From: an uncultured Methanospirillaceae archaeon
Lineage (GTDB): Archaea > Halobacteriota > Methanomicrobia > Methanomicrobiales > Methanospirillaceae
Reading direction: 5' to 3'
Assembly (NCBI GenBank): GCA_949319355.1
Contig: CASGHA010000141.1
Span: 1-40,995, forward strand
Length of the DNA: 40,995 nt
The notes below the pieces were generated by a model, which was not told where the DNA came from, ran no database searches, and saw nothing but the letters and a program-made list of their open reading frames with translations. Shown here piece after piece: positions 22,056 through 31,234 of the stretch (position 1 is the first letter of the stretch; the number at the start of each line of letters is the position of its first letter). Made by a program: the position numbers and the translations under genes.

Positions 22056-22811
22056 AAAAATAACAGTCATTGTCATGTTCTTCTGGTCCGGGTCGGTCTG
22101 GTCAAGCCTGCAAATCCTGCCGGTCGATGAAGCTGCCAGTACCCCTGCAAGGCTGCATATCGGGCAGGGATATATCGCGCATACCCTGGGGCTTTCTCCG
22201 CGTACCTGGAGGCACCCCTGAAGAAGTCTGAAACGTCCGAGTAAGAATGTCACGGAACTCTCGTCTTTTCTGACTTCCACCGTGTCGGCGACTTCCAGAA
22301 GTGAGCAAAACAGGTCTTTTGCAGCGGCGGGCAGGTCATCAGCCGTTGAAGGGAGCCGGAACCCGTTTGAACCGGACAATGCCGAAAACACAGGTCCGGA
22401 AGAAGAATACAGGAGGACCGCGTTTCCCTCGGGAGCAAGGATGAAACTGAAGTCTTCCTTAGGAATGGCAGGCAGGGTCTCACCAGCCGGGACTATCATG
22501 GACCCGCACTGCCCGTCCTTTCCTGGAACAAAACAGGCGTTACCGGTAACCGACAGGTCTGCACACAGCCGTGCTACGGCTATCATACCCCCCGCCGGAA
22601 GAAGTGAGACGAGTCCCGGATCGGGTGGATCTTCGCGCGAAAATGAGAAAAGGAGGACCCCCGCAATAAAACAGACCATCCCTGAAAGGACAAGGGCGGC
22701 CGAACTGACATCACCACGGTCAGTCAGGAACGCCAGACCGAGTGTTATGGCGGAAGCCACAAATAGTGCTGCGGCAGACAGGACGTAATCGTTATATCTT
22801 CCCTTTTTCAA
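22044..22811 (-). CDS. Membrane protein, unknown function (last gene of the MoxR operon)
   Basis: 255 aa with three N-terminal TM helices, then a soluble domain ending in a Cys cluster (CLQVRGESPRVCAIYPCPICSLAG). There is a 4-nt overlap with the upstream gene, and the 3' end overlaps the DUF1616 3' end by 12 nt (convergent). Confidence 0.6.
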   Translation of the reverse strand: MKKGRYNDYVLSAAALFVASAITLGLAFLTDRGDVSSAALVLSGMVCFIAGVLLFSFSREDPPDPGLVSLLPAGGMIAVARLCADLSVTGNACFVPGKDGQCGSMIVPAGETLPAIPKEDFSFILAPEGNAVLLYSSSGPVFSALSGSNGFRLPSTADDLPAAAKDLFCSLLEVADTVEVRKDESSVTFLLGRFRLLQGCLQVRGESPRVCAIYPCPICSLAGVLAASSTGRICRLDQTDPDQKNMTMTVIFSFT

Positions 22812-23284
22812 GGGGCTTCACCCGACCATCGCCTTAGAACGACATATTCGTATCCTGCCACCAGGACCAGGCCCGCAGCAAGGCATGCCAACCCGGCACC
22901 AAGCGGTACCAGCACATGGCGGGTGGCCGGGATGACCAGGGCAAGGATAAGACACGGGACCAGGAACGGGCAGACTACGATGCGTACTAACCCGGCTATC
23001 CCGCCTGCCTGGCTGCCGCCAATCAACAGGCAGGCAAGTCCGCCCATCATCGCGGCAAACACCGGTGAACCCCCAAAACACATGACCATGGCAGGGATCC
23101 CTGTCATGGCAGAGTACACCATGGCGTACCCCTTCCAGATCGAAAAGACGGCAAATGCCGTAAAAACCATCACAAGGACCAGGATAGCTGCCTGTAACCC
23201 CTCTTCAGGGGTGAAGAAGGCACCGGTGCATCCTGTCAGGATGAAAAGGGAGGTGATGATCCCTGGTATCAGCCGCGGGTTCAT
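22808..23284 (-). CDS. Polytopic membrane protein, unknown function
   Basis: 158 aa, almost entirely hydrophobic (about five TM helices, G/A-rich), with 4-nt overlaps to both neighbours. Confidence 0.6.
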   Translation of the reverse strand: MNPRLIPGIITSLFILTGCTGAFFTPEEGLQAAILVLVMVFTAFAVFSIWKGYAMVYSAMTGIPAMVMCFGGSPVFAAMMGGLACLLIGGSQAGGIAGLVRIVVCPFLVPCLILALVIPATRHVLVPLGAGLACLAAGLVLVAGYEYVVLRRWSGEAP

Positions 23285-24582
23285 GAAAAGCGGATCACCC
23301 CGTCTGCGGCAATCCTCGCCATCTGTCGTAACCTTTCAGGAGTGCATGTCCGTGCAGGGACTCCAAGACGGAAACGTTTTCCGGACCTCCGGGCCGTACG
23401 GGCGGCCACTTCGAGGTGGCTCAGGTCTCCTTCAGCCAGTGAAAAGAGAAGGGCCTCTCCGCCTTCTTCGAGATCAAAGAGCCGTTCTGTCATGGATTCA
23501 AAGTTCAAAGTCCCCTGTCCGACTGAAAAACCTGCAAGTACCCGGAGGAGGCAGTCCTTCCCGGGGACAGTTGGTGACTGCCAGAGGTTATGCCACTGGT
23601 GCTGGATTTCCCGGTGCCTTGCAGGGTCCGGCCATCGGTATGCGTGGACGAGGCGGGGCCGCCACGCTGCTTTGAGACGGTCTTCAAGTGTCTCTGGTGG
23701 TGTCCCTGCAGGGATATAATCAAGGAAGTTTGCGCCTGAGATGACTGCGACGGGTGGAGAGAGATGTTGGTCTCTGACCTCGTGCACATAGGCGGCCACC
23801 GCCCCTGTTACCTGGTTCAGCCCAGTCTCACAGGTCCCGTGGTGGTTGTCCGGAAGGTCGCATATAACGAGAGGAGGGAGTGGCATTGTGCCCGAATACT
23901 CCCTTATCATGAGTTTTCCTGTTTTTGCAGAAAGCTTCCAGTCTATGTGCCTGTAATCATCACCAGGAGTGTAAGTCCGGTAGTTCCTGACCCCAAGGCC
24001 ACGCAGGAGACTTATGTGCTCGTGTTCGCGGTTCTTCATGATATCCGCTTTTTTTCCCGAGTGGAGGAATATGGAGACCGGCTCTGTACGAAGCTGCGGA
24101 CTGCCTTCAGGACGTGTTCCGATGATGAAACGCCGTGAAAAAAAGGTGTCGGACACATCGACAATGCAACCGGGAAACGTCACAGTCCCCCCCTGGTACA
24201 GGGTGAGGGCGTATGAAAACGTGGCTTCATGATTTTCCGGGGTATCAAAAAAGCAGCATAATGAGCCTTTCTGAATAAATGATCCCAAAGGAGCCATTTC
24301 CTGAACGGCTACCTCTGTACCCGGGGAGGGCTTTAACCGCACCACGACGGACACATTAACCTCCCTCCCCTGGCGAACGACCCGTCTGTCTGCCTTGCGC
24401 AATATGGTCAGGGATGGAAGGGTGGCCGCTGTTTTCCTTACAAACCAGAGCGCCTGGAACACCAGGTAGGAAAGGAGAAGGAGGCAGGCAGCCAGCGCCC
24501 CCGTATCATCAAATATAACCGCGTATATTGCGAGGATAATGCCAAAGGCAAGGACCCCGAGGGTAAGCCCGGTCGGCCGCAC
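23281..24582 (-). CDS. DUF58 domain protein (MoxR-associated, vWA-like), N-terminal two TM helices
   Basis: Hallmark DUF58 motif RNYRTYTPGDDYRHIDWKLSAKTGKLMIREY. N-terminal TM pair (LTLGVLAFGIILAIYAVIF; ALAACLLLLSYLVFQALWF). It lies immediately downstream of the MoxR ATPase. Confidence 0.85.
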   Translation of the reverse strand: MRPTGLTLGVLAFGIILAIYAVIFDDTGALAACLLLLSYLVFQALWFVRKTAATLPSLTILRKADRRVVRQGREVNVSVVVRLKPSPGTEVAVQEMAPLGSFIQKGSLCCFFDTPENHEATFSYALTLYQGGTVTFPGCIVDVSDTFFSRRFIIGTRPEGSPQLRTEPVSIFLHSGKKADIMKNREHEHISLLRGLGVRNYRTYTPGDDYRHIDWKLSAKTGKLMIREYSGTMPLPPLVICDLPDNHHGTCETGLNQVTGAVAAYVHEVRDQHLSPPVAVISGANFLDYIPAGTPPETLEDRLKAAWRPRLVHAYRWPDPARHREIQHQWHNLWQSPTVPGKDCLLRVLAGFSVGQGTLNFESMTERLFDLEEGGEALLFSLAEGDLSHLEVAARTARRSGKRFRLGVPARTCTPERLRQMARIAADGVIRFS

Positions 24583-24585
24583 GGG

Positions 24586-25560
24586 TCAGGGCACCCCGGT
24601 TGTCTCAAGGATTCCCCTGATTACCTGTTCTGCAGTGATCCCACTGATCTGGGCTTCCTTTTCAAGCACGATCCTGTGGGAAAGCACCTTTTCGGCGAGC
24701 CATTTCACGTCATCAGGCACCACATAGTTCCGGCCGTCAAGGGCCGCCCGTACTTTCGAACCCCTTACAAAGGCGATCGAAGCACGTGATGAAGCCCCCA
24801 GCCTGATATCCTCGTGACGCCTGGTGGCTAGCACGATATCCCTGATGTAGGTCATGAGGGTCTCCTCCATGTGGACTTTTTTCAGGAGCCCCGAATAATG
24901 ACTGATGACCTCATTGCTGATGACAGGACTGAGATGTTCCTGGTAATCGTCCCAGTTGAGCGTCCCGTTCTGCTCCCGCCTGATGACCTCCAGCTCCCCG
25001 TCACCATCCATGTGGCCAAGGACGATGCTGAACATGAAGCGGTCTTTTTCCGCCTCGATGAGGGGGAATGTGCCTTCGAACTCAAAAGGGTTCTGGGTCG
25101 CAAATACGATGAACGGGCTCGGCAGCGGGTGGGTTTCTCCGTCAATCGTCGCCTGGTGCTCGCTCATTGCTTCTATGAAGGCCCCCTGGGTCTTGGGGGA
25201 AAGGCGGTTAATCTCATCTATCAACAGGAAATTCGTAAAAACCGGGCCCTTTTTGAGGATGAACTCCCGTGATGCCTGGTCGAAGATCCGTACCCCGATG
25301 ATGTCAGCGGGCTGGCTGTCAACGGCACACTGGAAACGCGAGAATGATGACTCAGATAATAATGCGAGGGTTTTCACAACCGTTGTCTTTGCGGTTCCGG
25401 GCAGACCTTCGATGAGGATATGGCCCCCGGACAGAAGGGCGATGACACCCAGTTCAATGAGGTCCTCGTTTCCGACGATGAAGTCCCCTATCCGGCCTCT
25501 GATCTCCCTGAAAATCCCGGTGAGCGTGAAGATCTCATCTTTCAGCGCGGTTTGTTCCAT
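24586..25560 (-). CDS. MoxR-family AAA+ ATPase
   Basis: Walker A GLPGTAKT, Walker B LLIDEINR, and SPKTQGAFIEAMSEHQATIDG typical of MoxR. Preferred start is ATG 25560 (MEQTALKDEIF); the track ORF extends to 25668. Confidence 0.9.
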   Translation of the reverse strand: MEQTALKDEIFTLTGIFREIRGRIGDFIVGNEDLIELGVIALLSGGHILIEGLPGTAKTTVVKTLALLSESSFSRFQCAVDSQPADIIGVRIFDQASREFILKKGPVFTNFLLIDEINRLSPKTQGAFIEAMSEHQATIDGETHPLPSPFIVFATQNPFEFEGTFPLIEAEKDRFMFSIVLGHMDGDGELEVIRREQNGTLNWDDYQEHLSPVISNEVISHYSGLLKKVHMEETLMTYIRDIVLATRRHEDIRLGASSRASIAFVRGSKVRAALDGRNYVVPDDVKWLAEKVLSHRIVLEKEAQISGITAEQVIRGILETTGVP

Positions 25561-26443
25561 GGTCCCCCATACCGTTCCGGCGAGCAAGATACGCGACCGC
25601 CAGTCCAGCAAGAATGAGAAGACAGGCGGTTTTAAGGAGTATTGAGTTTCGGATGACTTGAATGGCACGGATCACCGGTGACGTATCAGCTGTCCTGCTG
25701 TGGGCCTGGTCGAGGTAGACGCCGGTATGACTGCCTGCCAGGTTGGCCACAAGGGCCCGGTTGCCGGCTCCTGCAGGTGTACGCAGTACACCGTTTATAA
25801 TGGCGCTTGCATCTGACAGGACGATGACCTCACCCCTGCCGGACGGGCCGCCTGCAAGGACGGATATTGTTCCAATGTCCTCACCCGTGTCCAGAGTACC
25901 GTCGTTGTCAGTATCCACCCATGAAAAGACCCCGGTTGCGGCATAGGTGGCTCCTCCGATAACTCCCTTCGGCCGGTCAAGGAGGACTGACGGGACACCC
26001 GTGGTCAGGCTGGCATTGGTCACTGGGTAGGCGAGGAGTAATGCGGGGTCAGACCAGGGCCTGTCAACACCGGTCACATATCCCTCAGTAAAATGTGCTC
26101 CGTCCATGACATTCTGAAGGAGTTCCCCGCCCAGGAGACCCTCGTCGATAATGACCACCCTGTTCCCTGCATCAAGGAATGACTCTAATTTCCGGACTTC
26201 AGGGGGTTCATAACCCTGGCGGACCGAAACGATAAAGAGGACGTTTCCCTGGGTATCTGGGAGGGCATCCACTGAATAAACCTCCCGGACCCCCTGTTCC
26301 TCGAGAATGGCATAAAAATCGCTTGTCCCGTTCCAGTCGGTGTTCCACCTTGAAAAGTCCTGGCTGGTTGAGGACAGGTGGAGGACCACTGAAATGGCAG
26401 CTATGCAGATGATCATCCCGGCCGCCCAGGTTGTCCTGCTCAT
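25535..26443 (-). CDS. DUF4350-like membrane protein (N- and C-terminal TM, extracytoplasmic alpha/beta domain)
   Basis: Architecture and operon position (between a DUF4129 protein and MoxR) match the DUF4350 family. N-terminal TM AAGMIICIAAISVVLHL and C-terminal TM ACLLILAGLAVAYLA. The domain call comes from context and architecture, not a search. Confidence 0.6.
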   Translation of the reverse strand: MSRTTWAAGMIICIAAISVVLHLSSTSQDFSRWNTDWNGTSDFYAILEEQGVREVYSVDALPDTQGNVLFIVSVRQGYEPPEVRKLESFLDAGNRVVIIDEGLLGGELLQNVMDGAHFTEGYVTGVDRPWSDPALLLAYPVTNASLTTGVPSVLLDRPKGVIGGATYAATGVFSWVDTDNDGTLDTGEDIGTISVLAGGPSGRGEVIVLSDASAIINGVLRTPAGAGNRALVANLAGSHTGVYLDQAHSRTADTSPVIRAIQVIRNSILLKTACLLILAGLAVAYLARRNGMGDHGTNRAER

Positions 26444-28224
26444 CCCGGCCCTCCTTTGAACCGGTGATATGTTTCTGAAAATGCCTCTGCCATATCCCTA
26501 CGCTCTCCCTCGGCCGGTATTCTGCCGGCATACCTTACTCGTTCATATTTTCTGACAAATTCATTGATGAACGGTCCTGCCGGTGAGTTCCTGAAGATAC
26601 CTGCAAGCTCCCTCGCGGTTATACCCCCGGGAACTGGTGTCCCTGCATCTCCAGCCAGTTCCCTGAGCCTCCTGAATAACTTGTATGCGACCGTCCCTAC
26701 CTGTTCAGGGGCTGATGAAAGGAATTCTGATATTAGCTGCCCGGGGTCCTGCTCTCCATCTTCAGGTGGTAAAGAGGCCTCCTGAAATGCCCTGAGCCGA
26801 TCAACAGGGCCCTCTTCACTACCTGGCGGACTCTCGCGGACCCCGGGCCGGTTTTTTCCCAGGCGGAGAATGAGAAGGGTTGCAACAGTACAAAAGGCCA
26901 GGAAAATGGCGGCCTGGACCGGGTACGATGGCTGTTCAGCACCGGCCCCGGTACCTGTGACGGCAGATCCCGGTATAGATAGAGAAACCGGGGAACTGGT
27001 GGCCGGTCTGAGCGGGAAGCCGTACGCATCGAATGTGGCGGTCAACGAATGGGTGCCAGGTGGAAGGTTCAAAAAGGCCTCGTACACCCCATTATCTCCC
27101 GTCACTGCCGTAGTGACCGGTACACTGTCAACAAGGACCTTGACGGGAGATGATCTGACCGGAGTTGAAGCACTGGAGAGTTCCCCGCGACAGGCAGCTC
27201 CCGATTCACCCTGTCGTTCACATGACAGGGTGAGCCTGCCCGGGCCATCCCTGATGGTCAGGGTGACCACGGGTGAATAACTGGAAGCCTCCTGTGCATA
27301 GGCGGTGTGATTCCCTTGAGATATGTGTTCTATCCTGAATGCTGATGAAAAAATACCGGAACCATCGGTGCGTGCCGAAGACACCGGGCTGCCGTCAAGG
27401 AATATTCTGACCTCCTTGTCAGTGATCACCCCTCCACGGATGCCCCCCCGGAAAAGAAGGGTGTCACCATAACCGCCTGAATCAGGCACCACAGAAAAGG
27501 TAAATCCTGTGTCACCTTTCACAAAGGCCTCGGCCCTGGTCCCTGAAACCCGTTCGCGTTCCTCATTCCATCCGCGGGACATACCTTCTGTTTCCTGCGC
27601 GAATTCCTGCAGGTTGCCAGTCCCCTCACGGTATGGGCTGGTCGGGACACCCATCTCCTGCCCTATCCGGGTGATATCGGGTTCGCGTCCCTCATACTGC
27701 TCGTATGCATTCCGAATCCTGGAAGACAGTGAGGTCCCTTCGTAGGATAATGTTGTCATGATGGTGGGGTCCTCATTGTCGCGATATGTCACCTCCAGTT
27801 TTTTCAATTGTTCAAAACGGCCGGTATCGTTGATAATACCTGCAAGGGTCCGGATATTTTCCCGGTTGAGTCGCTGGAAGGAGCCAAGGTCACTTTCAGA
27901 CAGGTCCAGTTTTACCACGACGGATTCGAACTGCCGGGTTACTTCCTCCAGTTTTTCAAGGTCCCGTGTGGCAGTCCCGATGTCTTTGACCTTTACCGAT
28001 ACGGTTATCGCTCCTGTGGTATCCATGATGTCACCCATAAGACCCCGGATGTCATCACCCGTTGAGGCAGGCAGGGTGATCCGGGTCCCGGGATCTTTAT
28101 GGAATTCTGTAGATGAGAGTCCCGGAGGCAGGTAGAGGACAGGGTGTGCGGCAATTGCGACCAGGAACAGAAGTGAAGTGATGCCCGCAAGGCCTGCAAG
28201 GACGGTATACCCCCTGTTCATCAT
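26440..28224 (-). CDS. Large bitopic membrane protein with C-terminal DUF4129-like domain
   Basis: N-terminal TM, a ~400-aa outside part (coiled-coil region plus two Ig/carboxypeptidase-regulatory-like beta repeats: ...IFLDGSPVSSARTDGSGIFSSAF..., ...VLVDSVPVTTAVTGDNGVYEAFL...), then a second TM. The cytoplasmic tail ITARELAGIFRNSPAGPFINEFVRKYERVRYAGRIP is typical of DUF4129. Confidence 0.6.
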   Translation of the reverse strand: MMNRGYTVLAGLAGITSLLFLVAIAAHPVLYLPPGLSSTEFHKDPGTRITLPASTGDDIRGLMGDIMDTTGAITVSVKVKDIGTATRDLEKLEEVTRQFESVVVKLDLSESDLGSFQRLNRENIRTLAGIINDTGRFEQLKKLEVTYRDNEDPTIMTTLSYEGTSLSSRIRNAYEQYEGREPDITRIGQEMGVPTSPYREGTGNLQEFAQETEGMSRGWNEERERVSGTRAEAFVKGDTGFTFSVVPDSGGYGDTLLFRGGIRGGVITDKEVRIFLDGSPVSSARTDGSGIFSSAFRIEHISQGNHTAYAQEASSYSPVVTLTIRDGPGRLTLSCERQGESGAACRGELSSASTPVRSSPVKVLVDSVPVTTAVTGDNGVYEAFLNLPPGTHSLTATFDAYGFPLRPATSSPVSLSIPGSAVTGTGAGAEQPSYPVQAAIFLAFCTVATLLILRLGKNRPGVRESPPGSEEGPVDRLRAFQEASLPPEDGEQDPGQLISEFLSSAPEQVGTVAYKLFRRLRELAGDAGTPVPGGITARELAGIFRNSPAGPFINEFVRKYERVRYAGRIPAEGERRDMAEAFSETYHRFKGGPG

Positions 28225-28520
28225 CGGTTCAGGATCTCCACTACCTTCATGGCGACAATGATTCCAAAAACAGCGACACCGATGAATACCACGTACTTCA
28301 TACGCGTGAGGTAGGGCGGGTTGCCGAACCTCCCAACAGACAGTTCAAGCGCAATCAGCACTCCTATGAGCCACAGGACAAAGAAAATTTCCAGGTTAAG
28401 TACCCTTCCCAGGACCATGAGGTATGCCACGAGGAAAAGCCATACGGAAACCGCAGCGACAAGCGCAAGTTTTCTGCCCGCACTCCCTGTGATGTGGTGC
28501 AGTTCCTCTCCTGGCAGCAT
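28221..28520 (-). CDS. Small membrane protein (three TM), first gene of the MoxR operon
   Basis: 99 aa with three hydrophobic helices and a 4-nt overlap with the next gene. It is preceded by an A/T-rich divergent promoter region (28521-28614). Confidence 0.55.
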   Translation of the reverse strand: MLPGEELHHITGSAGRKLALVAAVSVWLFLVAYLMVLGRVLNLEIFFVLWLIGVLIALELSVGRFGNPPYLTRMKYVVFIGVAVFGIIVAMKVVEILNR

Positions 28521-28614
28521 GGACTAACGATAGGGTGGGTGACATGCAGGGAAAAAACCAATACCTGTCCCAAGACGAAAATTTTTAAGGAGGCCGTGCC
28601 ATTATTCCCGTATC

Positions 28615-29121
28615 ATGGCCCGGATCAGACGGTTGTTCCTGCTCCTCCTCATCACCCTGGGGTTGTGTGCCGGTGCTGCCGAGGTTTCTGCATTTTCAGC
28701 CGATGTGCTTGCAATCTCCATTCAACCATCAGGTGACGCGGATATCACGTTCGGTTATACCCTGACATGGCTTGAGAGGGCCGGAGTGCTGTTTAACATA
28801 GCCGATCCTGCAAGAGAGATGGCGTCGGTGATGGAGGGACAGTTCCACCGGCCCGTGACGGTCCATGAAGTCAGTCCCGATGCCATGTCGCTTACCGTTC
28901 CGGGTTTTGCAACAGTCACCTTAGTATCAGGAGGGACACTCTATCTGACACCTTCGATGGATTTCCGCTCCGCAGAACAGGTCCTGCGCCAGTACTGGTT
29001 TGCCCCGCTCGTGAACCCCGATTTCTCACCCCGTATCACAACAGTGACCTTCCCTGATGGCCAGGGGACGAGCTGGTATGACGAGGGTGTCATACCCTCC
29101 GTCGAACACCTGGTCCGATAA
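28615..29121 (+). CDS. Secreted hypothetical protein (168 aa)
   Basis: Signal peptide MARIRRLFLLLLITLGLCAGAAEVSA, with GGAGG 16-20 nt upstream of the ATG. No family recognised. Confidence 0.6.
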   Translation: MARIRRLFLLLLITLGLCAGAAEVSAFSADVLAISIQPSGDADITFGYTLTWLERAGVLFNIADPAREMASVMEGQFHRPVTVHEVSPDAMSLTVPGFATVTLVSGGTLYLTPSMDFRSAEQVLRQYWFAPLVNPDFSPRITTVTFPDGQGTSWYDEGVIPSVEHLVR

Positions 29122-29146
29122 TCCGCCCTGGAAAAGGCACGGGTTC

Positions 29147-29154
29147 TTTTTTTT
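29147..29154 (+). terminator. Oligo-T terminator (T8)
   Basis: ttcttttttttctcc lies 26 nt after the stop of 28615..29121; this is a typical archaeal oligo-T signal. Confidence 0.5.
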
Positions 29155-29178
29155 CTCCAGCCAGCATACACAGGATGC

Positions 29179-30513
29179 ATGGATGTGGAGGAGTTCACCC
29201 GGAGACGGGTTTCACGGGGCATGTCCTGCGAGGAGATCAGGGATCAGCTGGTTCGTCATATCCTTTCTATCAAGGATGTCCCTCATGAATATGCGCGTGC
29301 TTTCTCTGATGCGGTTATAACCGAGGTGAACAACACAGCCAGGGCTGAGGGACCGGTGCACGAAATGGTCCGGTCCGGGGTTTCCATGGGGGAGTTCGGT
29401 GTTGGTTCGCGGGGGACGGGGGATTTTTATGCACACCGCCAGATCGCCAGGATTATCGGGAAGACCGGGGCCTCTGTAGGGGTTGATGAGATGGATGATG
29501 CGGGGGCGGTTCGTGCGGGAGACCAGCATATCGTATGCACGGTCGACGGAATGCACTCAAGGCTCTCGGATTTTCCTTTCCTGGCCGGTTTTCATGTCAC
29601 CAGGGCAACTCTCCGCGATACGTATGTGATGGGGGCCCGGCCCATCCTCCTCTTTTCAGATATCCATGTTGCCGACGACGGTGACGTTGCCAAGATATTT
29701 GACTATACCGCGGGTATCTGCGCTGTTTCAGAAGTCATGAAGGTGCCTCTTGTCACCGGCTCCACTTTGAGGATAGGTGGTGACATGGTCCTGGGCAGCC
29801 GGATGACGGGGTGCGTCGGGGCAGTAGGTACGGCACACCACCTCACTGCCCGGAGGCAGCTTCAGCCTGGGGATGTCCTCCTGATGACCGAAGGTGCTGG
29901 CGGAGGGACGATCGCCACGGCCGCCCTGTACTCCGGTTTTCCGGATGTCGTTGCAAGTACCCTGAACATCCAGTTCCTCCTTGCCTGTGAGGCACTCCTC
30001 GCGGATGAAGTCCTGGCAGAGGTCCATGTGATGACGGATGTCACAAACGGGGGCCTCAGAGGGGATGTCTATGAGATGGCAGAGACTGCGTCATGCCGGA
30101 TTGTCATCGAGGAGGCAGCGGTCCGCGACCTGGTCCACCCCAGGGTCCTCGCAATGCTCGACGCCCTGGAAATAGATTTCCTGGGTGTATCTCTTGATTC
30201 CCTGCTCATTGCCGTGCCTCCTGCCCTGGCTGATGCCGTGGCTGCCGTCGTCAGCTCGGCAGGGGTCAGGATACACAAGGTCGGCCACGTGGAAGCCGGG
30301 AGGCCCGAGGCGGTCCTGGTCGGGACTGACGGGGCTTTTAAGGACTTCACCCCCAGGTTCCGGGAATCTGCCTATACGCCCGTTAAAAAGGTCGTGGACA
30401 CGACGAGGAGAGACTTCGAGGAGATGAAGGCAGGTGTTGACATGGCGGCAGCGGCGGCGATTCGAAAAAAGGAGGCCATTATCTCGATGCTACAGGTCAA
30501 CAAACGTGATTAA
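29179..30513 (+). CDS. AIR synthase-related (PurM/ThiL/HypE superfamily) protein
   Basis: PurM-like N-domain (DDAGAVRAGDQHIVCTVDGMHS) and C-domain (GDVLLMTEGAGGGTIATAA; MTDVTNGGLRGD). It has a ~60-aa N-terminal extension. The specific function is not assignable. Confidence 0.75.
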   Translation: MDVEEFTRRRVSRGMSCEEIRDQLVRHILSIKDVPHEYARAFSDAVITEVNNTARAEGPVHEMVRSGVSMGEFGVGSRGTGDFYAHRQIARIIGKTGASVGVDEMDDAGAVRAGDQHIVCTVDGMHSRLSDFPFLAGFHVTRATLRDTYVMGARPILLFSDIHVADDGDVAKIFDYTAGICAVSEVMKVPLVTGSTLRIGGDMVLGSRMTGCVGAVGTAHHLTARRQLQPGDVLLMTEGAGGGTIATAALYSGFPDVVASTLNIQFLLACEALLADEVLAEVHVMTDVTNGGLRGDVYEMAETASCRIVIEEAAVRDLVHPRVLAMLDALEIDFLGVSLDSLLIAVPPALADAVAAVVSSAGVRIHKVGHVEAGRPEAVLVGTDGAFKDFTPRFRESAYTPVKKVVDTTRRDFEEMKAGVDMAAAAAIRKKEAIISMLQVNKRD

Positions 30514-31124
30514 TGAGAAGGCCGCCTGCCACTCGTGCAGATGTTGTATGCCAGGTACGGGAGCCTCTCCTCGACGAATGGTTCAATCCTGCGTGCAAGG
30601 GTGAAAAGGGGATCAATCATCCCCACGTGGGCGAATGAGCATTTCCGCGTGGAGATATCAGAAAAGCCGGCATCCCTGAAAAGCGAGATCATCTCCTCCG
30701 CCGTGTAGTATCTTTCGTTGAAGTTCCCGACCCCGATTTTCCTGATCCTCATGAGCTCCCCGAGCTGGTAGACCGCAGGGAGGCCTGACGTGAATATCGT
30801 CCTTGACAGGGTACAGATGACCACGCGGCCACCCGGCTTCACGACCCTGATTACCTCGGAAAGCATTTTTCCCGGATTATTGACATAGCTGAACGTAAGC
30901 ACGCTGGTCACGGCATCAAATGAATTGTCTCCGAAGGGGAGCGATTCACCGGTACCAACAAGAAAGTGCCCCTCCGGGACTTTTTCACAAGCCTTTGAGA
31001 TCATCCCGCTGCTTACATCGATCCCGACCGCCTGGCCTCCCGTCCTGGCATACCTCGTCAGCAACAGGCCGGTACCGCACCCGATATCGAGGACCTTCCC
31101 TTTTTTCGGGATATTTGACAGCAC
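30510..31124 (-). CDS. Class I SAM-dependent methyltransferase
   Basis: Motif I VLDIGCGTGLL, VKPGGRVVI, DAVTSV. The track start is GTG 31124, but family-like sequence continues upstream without a canonical start codon (see findings). Confidence 0.85.
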   Translation of the reverse strand: MLSNIPKKGKVLDIGCGTGLLLTRYARTGGQAVGIDVSSGMISKACEKVPEGHFLVGTGESLPFGDNSFDAVTSVLTFSYVNNPGKMLSEVIRVVKPGGRVVICTLSRTIFTSGLPAVYQLGELMRIRKIGVGNFNERYYTAEEMISLFRDAGFSDISTRKCSFAHVGMIDPLFTLARRIEPFVEERLPYLAYNICTSGRRPSH

Positions 31125-31234
31125 CTTGGAGGCAAGGCTGTTGTAATAGACCTTTCCCTTGTTTTTGTCATAGCGGTCATCGTAGATATCAGCGATCTCA
31201 TCGTAATGGTCGATGACCTTGCGTGCCGGGTGAG

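Noticed and set aside
22923-25645. Plus-strand ORFs of 229-250 aa (22923-23675, 24956-25645) within the MoxR operon
   Set aside because: They are antisense to the polytopic membrane protein, DUF58 and MoxR genes, whose motifs are unambiguous. The antisense translations are Pro/Arg/Ser-rich with no recognisable family.
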